From NCBI GenBank assembly GCA_963720565.1, contig CAVRFW010000008.1, positions 45,415-109,414 on the forward strand: DNA of 64,000 nucleotides, in the 5' to 3' direction. The notes beneath the pieces are model-generated. The model worked only from the letters and a program-made list of their open reading frames with translations, had not been told where the DNA came from and did no database searches. The first letter of the stretch is position 1, and each line of letters begins with the position of its first letter. The translations under genes were made by a program, and so were the position numbers. This stretch comes from Candidatus Bathyarchaeota archaeon. Lineage in GTDB: Archaea > Thermoproteota > Bathyarchaeia > Bathyarchaeales > Bathycorpusculaceae. Below, piece by piece: positions 48,617 to 58,717 of the stretch.

Positions 48617-49420
48617 GTGACGGCGGATATGGAGATAGTTTGCATTGGAAACGAGCTCTTGATAGGTAAAGTTCTGAATACAAATGCACAATGGTTGTCT
48701 AGCCAAGCTACTCTGGCGGGTATTAGCGTTAGGCGGGTTACGGTGGTGCGGGATGAGATCAAGGAAATCGTAGCTGCGATTAGGGAAGCCTTGAGGCGAA
48801 AACCCCGTTTTGTCATAACCACTGGTGGATTGGGTCCGACTTTTGATGATATGACGATGGAAGGAATAGCGAAAGCGTTGAACCGAAAACTTGTGGTTAA
48901 CAAGAAAGCGCTCAAAATGGTTAAGGAGAAATATGAGGCATTTGCAGTTGAGAATCGTTCAGAATTTGAATTGACGCAGCCACGGGTTAAGATGGCGACG
49001 TTGCCCCGAAATACCAAACCAATTTTTAACCCTATTGGAACCGCGCCAGGAGTTCGTGTTGAAATTGGGAATACACTTCTGATAGCTTTGCCGGGTGTGC
49101 CTAAGGAGATGGAGGCCATTTTCAAAGAGTCTGTGTTGCCCATGCTTAGACAGGTTTCAGGTGATTTAGCGTTCCACCAAAGAAGCATGTACGCGAATAA
49201 CATCATGGAGTCGAGTCTGGCACCATTAATAGATGCTGTGATGCATGATAACCCCGGTGTGTATGTAAAATCCCACCCGAGAGGAAGGGAAAACCAACCC
49301 AATATTGAAATTCACTTGTCCACCACGGCTGGAGAAGCTGAAAAACCCGTAGAGACGCTTCAGAAGACAATGATACAGCTCTCAAAGGCCATAGAAGAGG
49401 CTGGCGGCAAGATCGTTTAG
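48617..49420 (+). CDS. CinA N-terminal (MocF-like) domain protein, archaeal type
   Basis: IGNELLIGKVLNTN, TTGGLGPTFDDMT, GTAPG, LPGVPKEM, YVKSHP. Confidence 0.88.
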   Translation: MTADMEIVCIGNELLIGKVLNTNAQWLSSQATLAGISVRRVTVVRDEIKEIVAAIREALRRKPRFVITTGGLGPTFDDMTMEGIAKALNRKLVVNKKALKMVKEKYEAFAVENRSEFELTQPRVKMATLPRNTKPIFNPIGTAPGVRVEIGNTLLIALPGVPKEMEAIFKESVLPMLRQVSGDLAFHQRSMYANNIMESSLAPLIDAVMHDNPGVYVKSHPRGRENQPNIEIHLSTTAGEAEKPVETLQKTMIQLSKAIEEAGGKIV

Positions 49421-49502
49421 GACCCATAACGACGCATGCGCAATATTATGAGTAATAATTGGGTCTTCACAAAGTCAATAAACACGGGTCTTTTTTAGTT
49501 GT

Positions 49503-50645
49503 TTGAGATATATGAAGCCACGAGTTCCAAGAGTAGTCTTAACATTACTGATAGTTTTGGCTGTTTTTTCCACGGTCTCAGTTGGCTGGGGGCAGGATCG
49601 TCAGATTTCCTATCAGCTCTTGAATGAGTTGAACGGGAATGTGGCTTACGAGTTAAACGTTGTAGTTCCCCAGAGCTTGCTCGATTATTATGAAGATAAG
49701 AGAACCGATTTGCGTTCGAGTAGTTTCCCGGACTATGTGACTCCTTATGCTTTAGAGCCCGTAGCTGATTGTTTGTGGCAGATCTACGAGACTGATGAGG
49801 AATTCACCAATGGTGTGCTTATGCTTGTTCATCAAATAACCTATGAGGAGACTGCGCCATCGAAGTATCCTGTTGAGACCATGGTTGATGGTAAGGGAGA
49901 TTGTGATCTTTTCTCGTTTATTGCTGCTTCGATACTCGAGGCGGGAGGGATTGATGTTGTGTTGCTTCATTACGAGACTCTTTCTCACATGAATATTGGA
50001 GTTGGCCTTTCCAGTCCTCCGGAGTATGCTAGAGACTCAGTCTTCTATGTGACGGATGATGGTGTTAGATACTATATTGCGGAGTGTACGGGTGGAAATT
50101 GGAAAGAAGGGTGGAGAGTGGGGGAATGCCCAGAAGATTGCAAGGAAGCTTCCTCTAGAATATACTCCTTGGAAGGTGCTGAGGCGGTTGCTCCTGGTCA
50201 GGTGTCTGCGAGTTTCTCTGCTCTTGATCCCAGCACGATGTCGCTTCAGATTTCATCATTCGTTGTGCTTCAGGACAGCGGAGTGACTTTTCGGGGTCAG
50301 ATTTCTCCGGGAGCAGCAGACAGAGAGGTCACGATTTATGCAAAGTTTAACCTTTCAACGTGGACAGTCATCGGATCAACAGCTACCCAATCAGATGGAA
50401 GTTTTGAGTACTTCTGGATAGCTGAGAATGCGGGTTTATGCATGGTCCAGGCGAGTTGTTCAGGTGACGACCAATACACAGGAGCTATCAGCTCAACCAA
50501 GAATACGGTTGTGATACCGCTTTTTGTTGGTGTCTTGATTGCCGTAGCAGTCATAGCGGGATTCATTGCTGTAATCGCTTCTCTAGTTTCAAGGTCGCGG
50601 CAGAATTCTCCGGATCCGGCAAACCCGCAAGTTTCAGCGTTTTGA
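49503..50645 (+). CDS. Secreted transglutaminase-like protein with Ig-like domain and C-terminal TM anchor
   Basis: Signal peptide; KYPVETMVDGKGDCD, SHMNIGV, IAECTG; C-terminal hydrophobic helix. Confidence 0.75.
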   Translation: MRYMKPRVPRVVLTLLIVLAVFSTVSVGWGQDRQISYQLLNELNGNVAYELNVVVPQSLLDYYEDKRTDLRSSSFPDYVTPYALEPVADCLWQIYETDEEFTNGVLMLVHQITYEETAPSKYPVETMVDGKGDCDLFSFIAASILEAGGIDVVLLHYETLSHMNIGVGLSSPPEYARDSVFYVTDDGVRYYIAECTGGNWKEGWRVGECPEDCKEASSRIYSLEGAEAVAPGQVSASFSALDPSTMSLQISSFVVLQDSGVTFRGQISPGAADREVTIYAKFNLSTWTVIGSTATQSDGSFEYFWIAENAGLCMVQASCSGDDQYTGAISSTKNTVVIPLFVGVLIAVAVIAGFIAVIASLVSRSRQNSPDPANPQVSAF

Positions 50646-50739
50646 AACCTTCTCAACAAACTATCTAATGAAGGATTGAATCAAAGGCAATAGTTATTTA
50701 TCACTAGATCGACACAACCGCCTGTAGGAGAACTTTGTT

Positions 50740-51501
50740 ATGCCTGTCACTTTTATTATTGGAACAGCCGGTTCGGGCAAGTCCCTGTTTACGGCCGCTT
50801 TGAGCGAGTGGCTGAAAATGTCAAAGCAAGATGTTGCTGTCGTAAACCTTGATCCGGGTGTGCTTAAGCTACCGTATTCGCCGGATGTGGATGTTCGCAA
50901 CTATGTGGATGTGGGCGATTTGATGGAGAAGTACAGTTTGGGGCCTAATGGCGCTTTGATTCTTGCTGCGGATCTAATTGCGGATCAAGTAGAGAAGATT
51001 ACGAGAGATATTCATGAGATTAATGCTGATATGGTTCTGGTTGATACTCCGGGGCAGATGGAGCTGTTCGCTTTTAGGGCGAGTGGCCCTTACATTGTTG
51101 AGGAGTTGACGAAGGAGCCGAAAGCGTTAATCTACTTGTTTGACGCGGTGTTTTCCATTAATCCTCTTAACTATGTTTCGAACATGTTCCTTTCAGCGGC
51201 TGTTTACAACCGGTTCTTCCAACCCCAGGTTCATTTGCTTTCTAAATGCGACTTGATCCCGGCTGAGCAGGTGAAGCGGATTGCGGATTGGTCTGCAGAT
51301 CCAAGAGCCCTAGAGGACGCGATTGATCAGGAATTGGAGGGCACAAAGCGTTTGTTTGGTAGGAACATGATGCGCGCAATTAATCAGCTTGGCTTGAAAT
51401 TCCTTCTGATGCCAATCTCGGCTAAGACAAATCAAGGGTTAACAAACGTTAACTCCACGTTAGAGCGGATTCTCACTGGAGGAGAAAAATACACAACCTA
51501 A
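50740..51501 (+). CDS. GPN-loop GTPase
   Basis: GTAGSGKS, VNLDP, YSLGPNGAL, DTPGQMELF, SKCD. Confidence 0.92.
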   Translation: MPVTFIIGTAGSGKSLFTAALSEWLKMSKQDVAVVNLDPGVLKLPYSPDVDVRNYVDVGDLMEKYSLGPNGALILAADLIADQVEKITRDIHEINADMVLVDTPGQMELFAFRASGPYIVEELTKEPKALIYLFDAVFSINPLNYVSNMFLSAAVYNRFFQPQVHLLSKCDLIPAEQVKRIADWSADPRALEDAIDQELEGTKRLFGRNMMRAINQLGLKFLLMPISAKTNQGLTNVNSTLERILTGGEKYTT

Positions 51502-51518
51502 TCTCAATAAGCATTGTT

Positions 51519-52148
51519 CTAGTTCTGGTCAATTAGTATCCAGCTTGCAGCGAAAGCGCCACGTTTCGCCTTCAGGGGATCGTCAGCGCCGGCGATCACA
51601 ATCACGTCATTATCTTTGGGTGTGAAAGCCTTGACTAATTGGCTCGAAGCCTTAGGGAACTCTTTGGCTACATCATTGCTAATAGAGTCGATTACTAACT
51701 TGTTGCCCTTGGAGACAATGACTATGGCGCGTCTTGCGCCGCCCATTATCGCAGCATCGCGTTGTTCAATGCCCGATTTTATTCTGTGACCCCTGTCCTT
51801 AACCAAGAAACCGTAGTTGTGGTTAGAGGCTGTTAACTCGTTTTTTTCGATTGAAAGCCTCTTGGGGAACATGGTTTCAAAATCTTTCCAGGTGCTCATG
51901 CCTTTTTCGGTGAGGTTACAGCCCTCTTTGGTTATTGTTATCAAGTCAGCGTCTTTTAAGCGTCCTATAATTGTTCGAACTGCTCCGTCTCCGACGCCTA
52001 GTTTTTTTGCCATTTTGTTGCGCCCGACTGGTTTTTCAGCCATGAGTTCTAAGGCAAGGAAGAAATGAAATACCGAAAAGGTAGTTGATGGTCCAGGCGC
52101 TTTTCCACGCGCAAGGTTTTCAACAGTCTTCTTGAATGTGGATGGCAT
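51519..52148 (-). CDS. wHTH protein (DUF2111/DUF4443-like)
   Basis: PGPSTTF, VGRNKMAKKLGVGDGAVRT, SGIEQRDAAI. Confidence 0.7.
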   Translation of the reverse strand: MPSTFKKTVENLARGKAPGPSTTFSVFHFFLALELMAEKPVGRNKMAKKLGVGDGAVRTIIGRLKDADLITITKEGCNLTEKGMSTWKDFETMFPKRLSIEKNELTASNHNYGFLVKDRGHRIKSGIEQRDAAIMGGARRAIVIVSKGNKLVIDSISNDVAKEFPKASSQLVKAFTPKDNDVIVIAGADDPLKAKRGAFAASWILIDQN

Positions 52149-52207
52149 GCCTATTCAACAGTTCTAATTGAAATGGTGCAACTATTATAATTTGTGTGAA
52201 CCATTTG

Positions 52208-52520
52208 TTAAGGTGTTGAGGCTGGGTTTTTGGTTTCTGTTTCTTCCTTCTGAACAGGTTTTTGGGGTGTGAGTTTTGGTGTGAGTTGGTCAACGGCGTT
52301 TTTCAGTTTGTTCCAGTCTTCTAGTAGTTTTGAAGCTGAACTTGTTCTTTCTTTTCCATGCTTCCTTCTTTTTCTCCCAGAGGTAGAATCCTATGGAACG
52401 TTTGCCGAAAGACTCGTAGAGTACTATTGCCTCCCACCATTTGGCGTTCTTGAATATGGTAACGTAATCGATTACTGTGTAAAACTCGGATATGGGCAGT
52501 TTCTCTTCTGAACTGGACAT
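52208..52520 (-). CDS. Conserved-looking hypothetical protein, one frameshift
   Basis: LPISEFYTVIDYVTIFKNAKWWEAIVL...YLWEK...WKRKNKF. A +1 shift near 52323 continues LEDWNKLKNAVDQL..., stop at 52208. Confidence 0.6.
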
Positions 52521-52716
52521 TTGAGTTCTCCAAAGCTTATTGGGTCTTTTCCAGACATTTAAAGGGTTTTATTTCAGGGTTTCGAATAGTGAAAGAATGA
52601 CCTTGCTGTTTCTACCTTGATAGTTCGTTGTTTCACTTAATCTAGTTTCGGAGAAAGGCTTTTAAGAAAAATGGTTATTAGAACCCGTATCACAAAGCCA
52701 AGCAAAAGGAATTGTT

Positions 52717-53895
52717 ATGAGAAGAAAAGGAAAGTATTTGTTTACCTCTGAAGCCGTTGGCGAGGGACATCCAGATAAAGTTGCAGATCAGATTTCGGAT
52801 AGTGTTCTGGACGCTATCTTGAGTAATGATCCGAAGGCGAGGGTTGACTGCGAAACTCTTGTTATGCAGGGAAACGTCGTCGTCACCGGACAGATTACGA
52901 CAAATTGTTACGTTTCTATATCCAAGATTGTTAGGAAGACCCTTAAGGAAATCGGGTTTGATAATGCCAGAGACGGTTTGGACTGGGAAACCTGCGGAAT
53001 TCTGGTTTCCATAGAAGAACAGTCTCCGGACATTTCAAGAGGAGTAACCGAGACTGCGGACCACGAGCAGGGCGCGGGAGACCAAGGAATGATGTTTGGC
53101 TATGCCACAACTGAAACGAAAGAGTTGATGCCGTTGCCAATAGTTCTCGCCCAGAAACTTGTTAAGCGACTTGCTGAGTGCAGGAAGAAGGGAATTTTGC
53201 CCTACTTGAGGCCTGACTGCAAATCTCAAGTAACAGTGGAATACTTCGACGGGATACCCAAGAAGGTGAATGCTGTCGTGATCGCTGCGCAGCACACGGA
53301 TAAAGTCGACACTGAGAAGATGAGGGAAGACATAATCAACCAAGTGATTAAGCATGTTGTTCCTCCTGAAATGTTGACTGCAGAGACAAGGTACATCGTT
53401 AACGGAACCGGGCGATTCGTGGTTGGGGGAACCTTGGCTGATTCAGGATTGACAGGCAGAAAGATCATCGTTGACACGTATGGAGGCGTTGGAAGCCACG
53501 GCGGAGGCTGCTTCTCCGGAAAAGACCCGTCGAAGGTTGATAGATCAGGAAGTTATATGGCTAGATACATCGCCAAAAACATTGTTGCCTCGGGTTTAGC
53601 AGAGGAATGCGAAATTCAGATATCTTACGCTATCGGCATTGCTCAACCCATATCAGTTTTCATAAACACGTACAATACTGGTAAGTTGCCTGACGAAGAA
53701 ATTCTTGCTTTGGTGCAAAAATACTTCGACATGAGACCTAAAGCCATTATTGAACATCTGCGTCTTCTCAGACCGATTTATAGGAATACAGCTGTGTTTG
53801 GACATTTCGGAAGAGATGATGCAGACTTCACTTGGGAGAAAACTGACAAGGCTGATGAGTTAAGGAAGGCGTGGCAGTCAACCAAGAAGCCTTAA
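52717..53895 (+). CDS. metK: Methionine adenosyltransferase, bacterial/eukaryotic type
   Basis: [57 protein letters not shown]. Confidence 0.96.
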   Translation: MRRKGKYLFTSEAVGEGHPDKVADQISDSVLDAILSNDPKARVDCETLVMQGNVVVTGQITTNCYVSISKIVRKTLKEIGFDNARDGLDWETCGILVSIEEQSPDISRGVTETADHEQGAGDQGMMFGYATTETKELMPLPIVLAQKLVKRLAECRKKGILPYLRPDCKSQVTVEYFDGIPKKVNAVVIAAQHTDKVDTEKMREDIINQVIKHVVPPEMLTAETRYIVNGTGRFVVGGTLADSGLTGRKIIVDTYGGVGSHGGGCFSGKDPSKVDRSGSYMARYIAKNIVASGLAEECEIQISYAIGIAQPISVFINTYNTGKLPDEEILALVQKYFDMRPKAIIEHLRLLRPIYRNTAVFGHFGRDDADFTWEKTDKADELRKAWQSTKKP

Positions 53896-54078
53896 GGCTA
53901 AGCGTTCTCCTTATTTTTCTTACTTTCTTTTCGTTTTTGTTCTCTTCTTGAGCGGTCGGAATAAATATCTAAGCAGTGCTAGCGACACTGTGACTGGGGA
54001 GAACTGGTGTTTGTTTTGAAAAGAAAAAATTGAAAAATGGAAAGTTTAAGGTTTTGTCTTTATTGTTGCCTTGTATCA

Positions 54079-54372
54079 TTAGTTTCCTTTTTTGGTCAGG
54101 GTTATTTCCATCGTCGAAACCATTCTGGATTTGCTCTCGCCTTCTCTTGGGGGCATCTCTGCTGTTCCAATGGCTATGTTTGTCACTGTCAAGTCTTTGA
54201 TGAATCGGTTTCTCGCTATTTCAGCAACATCAACTGCTGTGGTTATAGCTTGGCCGCGGGCTTTCAATGTAATTTCATTGAGGGTTCCAGAGGATAGGCT
54301 TGTGATTATTGCTAAAACATAGCTCATTGGTGGTTTGTTTCCGACGAAGATAACGTCTGCATTACTAGTCAT
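54079..54372 (-). CDS. albA: DNA/RNA-binding protein Alba
   Basis: IFVGNKPPMSYVLA, LKARGQAITTAVDVAE, SRMVSTMEI; GGAGTG SD before the ATG at 54372. Confidence 0.95.
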   Translation of the reverse strand: MTSNADVIFVGNKPPMSYVLAIITSLSSGTLNEITLKARGQAITTAVDVAEIARNRFIKDLTVTNIAIGTAEMPPREGESKSRMVSTMEITLTKKGN

Positions 54373-54475
54373 TTTCTTCACTCCTTTTTTTAGTTGTTTC
54401 TTTAGTGTAACGCATCTGTTTGTGCGATTCTGTTCGCGACAGAACGTTACTGACCCTACATAATCTGAAGACCGA

Positions 54476-54490
54476 CTTATAAATTCGCTG
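54476..54490 (-). promoter_or_regulatory. BRE/TATA promoter of alba
   Basis: Minus strand CAGCGAA-TTTATAAG; predicts a transcription start near 54452 and an ~80-nt leader. Confidence 0.55.
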
Positions 54491-54677
54491 AAAACCCCGA
54501 ATGGCAATCTGCGTTTGAGGGCAGCTAGCGAACAGAAGACGTGACCGAAAGTTTCAACGCGGGCGACTGCGACGCTTGAGATAGGACGTAACAAATGTTA
54601 ATAGTCAATGCGATTTAAAAGGTTCCAAAGAAGATCTCTGGATAACCGAACATGGAAGTTCAGGAGGCAAATCTCAT

Positions 54678-55925
54678 ATGAGTTATAGCGAAGGCTTAGA
54701 TCAGAAAAAAGAGTTCTATCCCGCAATAACTGAAATAAATAATGTAGCCGAACGAGGAGTTAGTACGCTTTGCTCTATGGGGTCCCAGAAGAAAATGCCT
54801 TTTTCTTTTGACGACCTTCATTTTGTGCCGGCGCAAGTTTTCAAAATCCCGCTCGACACGAGCGAGGAAGTGAACACGGAAGTTCTCATTGGCCCTGGGG
54901 CAAGAAAACCTCTGAAACTCTCTTCCCCAATAATGTTTGGTGGAATGAGTTATGGAGCTGTATCTAGAAATGTTAGGTTGATTTTGGCAAAGGTTGCGTC
55001 GGAATTGAACCTTGGAGTGAACTCGGGAGAGGATATTGTTCTGCCAGAAGAACTTGATATTGCATCAGAGAATCTCATTGTGCAGTACTCGGCGGGAAGA
55101 CTTGGAACAACCGAAGAAGCGTTGAAGAAGGGGTCAGCCGTGGAGATTAGGTTTAGCCAGGGGGCCTATCCTGGTTGGGAGAGTCTTTTGCCCGCTAAAA
55201 AGGTAACGCTGGAAGTGGCAGAGTTGATGCATCTTAAGGAGGGGCAAGATGCGTACTCTCCAGCGCATCATCCGGACATTAGAAATCTAGAGGAGCTTGA
55301 ACAGAAGATAACCTGGCTCAGAGACTTAACGGGTGGAACGCCCATCGGGGTTAAGATAGCATGTGGGAACGTTGAGAGGGACGTTGAATTGCTGGCAAGA
55401 AGTGGCGTTGATTTTATTTCACTCGACGGCTTCGGTGGAGGAACAGGTGCAACTGAACTTTTCGTTAGAGAAAATGTTGGAATTCCAATCATAGCAGCCC
55501 TCCCGAGGGCTGACAAGCATCTGAAGAAAATCGGTGCAAGGAATAGGATAAGTTTGATAGCCGGGGGAGCCTTAAGAACCTCCGCGGATTTCGCAAAGAT
55601 TCTGGCTCTCGGCGCGGATTCAGTCTACATCGGGACCTCCGCGTTGATAGCCTTGGGGTGCAAACAATACAGAATTTGCCACACGGGGCACTGTCCAACC
55701 GGGGTAACAACGAATGATCCAGCTTTAGTTCAGCGATTAGATGTTGATGAGGGGGTTCGCAGACTGACTAACTTTGTTAACGTTTCAAATCAGGAAGTCG
55801 CGAACTTCTCAAGAATCGTGGGGAAAGATGACATCAAGAAGCTGGGAACAGAAGACTTGGTGGCGCTAAATAAAGACCTCTCTGAAGCAACAGGGGTTAA
55901 GTGGATAAACGGAAAAAGCGTTTGA
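54678..55925 (+). CDS. FMN-binding glutamate synthase family protein (stand-alone synthase domain)
   Basis: GGMSYGAVS, NSGE, IRFSQGAYPG, SPAHHPDI, DGFGGGTGA, LALGAD, CKQYRICHTGHCPTG. Confidence 0.9.
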   Translation: MSYSEGLDQKKEFYPAITEINNVAERGVSTLCSMGSQKKMPFSFDDLHFVPAQVFKIPLDTSEEVNTEVLIGPGARKPLKLSSPIMFGGMSYGAVSRNVRLILAKVASELNLGVNSGEDIVLPEELDIASENLIVQYSAGRLGTTEEALKKGSAVEIRFSQGAYPGWESLLPAKKVTLEVAELMHLKEGQDAYSPAHHPDIRNLEELEQKITWLRDLTGGTPIGVKIACGNVERDVELLARSGVDFISLDGFGGGTGATELFVRENVGIPIIAALPRADKHLKKIGARNRISLIAGGALRTSADFAKILALGADSVYIGTSALIALGCKQYRICHTGHCPTGVTTNDPALVQRLDVDEGVRRLTNFVNVSNQEVANFSRIVGKDDIKKLGTEDLVALNKDLSEATGVKWINGKSV

Positions 55926-56046
55926 TCACGGATTTGTCACTCAAATTTGGTCTCCGGGCGCGTAATCACGCGCACGTTTTGGCTGTTCGGCTGGTTGGAC
56001 TGGAATTTCGGTATTTCGTGCAAGATAGTTTTGCTGGTTTTTGATC

Positions 56047-56112
56047 CATTATGAATGTTCCATCGTCAAGCTCCTCAGAAGCTCTATCCAACTCTTCCTC
56101 CGTGTTTAGCAT
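56047..56112 (-). pseudogene. Possible remnant of a pirin C-terminus
   Basis: MLNTEEELDRASEELDDGTFI resembles the pirin terminal motif (PIVMNTxEELxxAxxExxxGTFI); the rest of pirin is absent. Confidence 0.45.
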
Positions 56113-56164
56113 GCGCGAAAGCAATATCTTGTGGCCTAGTGGGACTAGAATCGAGGGATGTAGT

Positions 56165-56902
56165 GTGAAACGGTGGGCTAAAATTGTAATCGGGACTCTT
56201 CTCGCTGTCACCATCGTTTTGGTCGGCTTTGTGGTTTGGGCTGAGACGCCGCCGGCGCCAATGTCTGAAGCTTACGAGGCTTTGGAGTCTGATTCATCAG
56301 TTGTTGTGTCTGCCGAAAATTGGCTGGTTTTTGCACCTGTGGCTTCTAACGTAAGTTCAGGGTTTATTGTCTATCCCGGTGGCAGAGTGGATTTCAGGTC
56401 TTACGCTCCCATAGCTAGGGCTATTGCTGCTGAAGGATACTTAGTGGCGATAGCCAGAATGCCGCTTAATCTGGCTGTTTTTGGAGTAAACATTGCAAAC
56501 GAAGTTATTGCGTCTTACCCACAGATTAACGCGTGGGTTATCGGCGGTCATTCTCTTGGCGGAACGATGGCAGCTCAATTTGCGTATGAAAACCCTTCAA
56601 AAATTGGGGGACTTGTTCTTTGGGCGGCGTACCCAGCTGCTGGAAAGGATCTTTCAAGAAGCGATTTGGTGGTTACGACAATTCATGGTAGCAATGATGG
56701 ACTTGTAAGCAACACGCAAATAGATGATTCGCTTAGCCTGCTTCCAGCTTCAACTGTACGAGTTGAGATAGCTGGAGGAAATCACGCGCAATTCGGGTGG
56801 TACGGCGATCAAGCTGGAGATAACGCAGCAACAATATCCAGAGAACTGCAGCAAAGTCATATTCTCAACGCTACTCTTCAATTACTTAAATCCATAGCTT
56901 GA
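56165..56902 (+). CDS. Membrane-anchored alpha/beta hydrolase (Abhydrolase_5-like)
   Basis: N-terminal TM; YPGGRVD, GGHSLGG, GSNDGL, GGNHAQFGWYG. GTG start at 56165. Confidence 0.88.
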   Translation: MKRWAKIVIGTLLAVTIVLVGFVVWAETPPAPMSEAYEALESDSSVVVSAENWLVFAPVASNVSSGFIVYPGGRVDFRSYAPIARAIAAEGYLVAIARMPLNLAVFGVNIANEVIASYPQINAWVIGGHSLGGTMAAQFAYENPSKIGGLVLWAAYPAAGKDLSRSDLVVTTIHGSNDGLVSNTQIDDSLSLLPASTVRVEIAGGNHAQFGWYGDQAGDNAATISRELQQSHILNATLQLLKSIA

Positions 56903-57074
56903 GATGAAAAACGCTCTTAGCTTGGCTCGTTTTCGGCGGAGTATATGTGTTCTTTTTAAAAGTTTCTTTTGTGTAACTAAATGTAGGAGAACGCGAATGC
57001 TGCAATCTTATCCTTACTACTTCTCGGTGAAGGAATAGAAAGAAAAGGGGAGCAAGGAAAGAATGGTACAGAAA

Positions 57075-57422
57075 CTATGCCCAGAGCGCTAGTAGTCCAA
57101 TACCTAGAAAAGCCAATATTGCAACTATTACCACGAAGATAATCACTGCAACAACGGCTATCAGGAATGCCTTGAGCCAGCCACAGTCAAAGAAGTGCTT
57201 TATCAATGCTAGCCAAACCACGAACATGATGATGCTCGCTATCAGTCCGCCTAGCAAAGCTCCTACGATTGCACCAATCACTACGCCAAGAACAACTATC
57301 CAGATGGCATCAGTGAACTTCGCTTTGCCTTTGTCCGCGAGTAACCTTCCAGATATCCAAAGCAAAGGAGCCAGCACTATCACGCCGACAACTATCTGAA
57401 TCAACACTGAAACTAGGTCCAT
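57075..57422 (-). CDS. Hypothetical 4-TM membrane protein
   Basis: KAKFTDAIWIV...LIKHFFDCGWLKA; start MDLVSV at 57422. Confidence 0.7.
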   Translation of the reverse strand: MDLVSVLIQIVVGVIVLAPLLWISGRLLADKGKAKFTDAIWIVVLGVVIGAIVGALLGGLIASIIMFVVWLALIKHFFDCGWLKAFLIAVVAVIIFVVIVAILAFLGIGLLALWA

Positions 57423-57856
57423 TTTTCTTAAGCTCCACTTTTCTACTCGGAAATGTAACCTTTTAACCTTTGCGCGCGTGTGTGGTTTGCTATTATGTTT
57501 TTGGAAACTGCAAACATAAGGCAAACAATATAGACTCCTACGCGTATAGGCAGTCTATAATCCGGCGACGTTTATGCAGTGGCTTCCTATAGTCTTTGTA
57601 ATCATGGTCATTCTCATAATGATAATACTTGGTTACTTCTTGACTAGGAACTTCCTGAGAGAATATACTTATGCCACGCCAGCCAAAACACAATAAAAAC
57701 GCGCCCTAAACACACGCCTCAAAAAAGTCTTGACGCACAAAGTGCTGGCCAAAACTGGGAACCTCGAAGAAAAATAAAGGTATATCCAAAATAAACAAAA
57801 GATATAAATCTAATCTTACTAGTGGTCAGTGTCAAAGGCAAATAGTTGGTTCAAAA

Positions 57857-58678
57857 ATGATTTTCACTGGAGAGGACACTGAGGCTCTTTCCAGCTTGGG
57901 ACTCACCGGCCATCAGACAAGAGTTTATCTAGCGGTGCTAAATCAAAATGGAATATCGATTGGCGAAATTTCAAAGCAGACAAAAATACGCAGAGAAGAC
58001 GTTTACAGAACAATTCCCAAACTCGAACAAATGGGACTAGTTGAAAAACTTCTATCTACGCCAACAAAAATCAGAGCTTTGCCAGTCCAACACGCACTCT
58101 CAAACCTCATCGATGTGGAACAGACAAACGTCGACAAAAGAATCTCCGAGTTAAAAGTCACCACAGCGAAGTTTGTTAACAACTACAATAAGGGAAAAAG
58201 AACAAACGGAGAAAAAGGTGAAGACTCCAGTTTCATATTGCTCACCCAACCAAACGGCATCGTCGTAAAAGCCAATAACATGATAGCCGCTGCCGAAAAG
58301 AAAATAGATGCCGTATACGCCAAAAAACAGCTCAACCAATTCATTCCAGTGTTTTCTGACCCTCTCAAACAAGCAGTAAAAAGAGGCGTAAAAGCACGAT
58401 TGATAGCTCAGGGTTCGATAAACGACCCAGACTACAAAGAGATGCTTACGCAAATTATGAAAAAGTATCTACCGAATTCTCCAAATATAGAGGTTCGATC
58501 CGCAGAAGTCGCTATGAGTCATTCTTTGGTAGTTGATCATAGAGAGGCGTTAAGCGAGACAAGCTTAGAGAATGAGTATTTGACAAGGAACCCTAGTCTT
58601 TGGACAAATAACAAAGGCTTCGTCGCGTTAATATCTCTCAATTTCGAAAGTGTTTGGGCTGTCTCTCAAAAACCTTGA
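57857..58678 (+). CDS. TrmB family transcriptional regulator
   Basis: LSSLGLT..QTRVYLA, ISKQTKIRREDVYRTIPKLEQMGLVEK; C-terminal PLD-like effector domain (RGVKARLI, LVVD, SLWTNN, FESVW). Confidence 0.85.
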   Translation: MIFTGEDTEALSSLGLTGHQTRVYLAVLNQNGISIGEISKQTKIRREDVYRTIPKLEQMGLVEKLLSTPTKIRALPVQHALSNLIDVEQTNVDKRISELKVTTAKFVNNYNKGKRTNGEKGEDSSFILLTQPNGIVVKANNMIAAAEKKIDAVYAKKQLNQFIPVFSDPLKQAVKRGVKARLIAQGSINDPDYKEMLTQIMKKYLPNSPNIEVRSAEVAMSHSLVVDHREALSETSLENEYLTRNPSLWTNNKGFVALISLNFESVWAVSQKP

Positions 58679-58717
58679 CGGTCTGATTAAGTAGTTCGAC
58701 ATGTTGAAGTTGTCGAG

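Noticed and set aside
54373..54594. 74-aa N-terminal extension of Alba in the ORF track
   Set aside because: SD and TATA placement support the ATG at 54372; the extension overlaps the promoter and leader.
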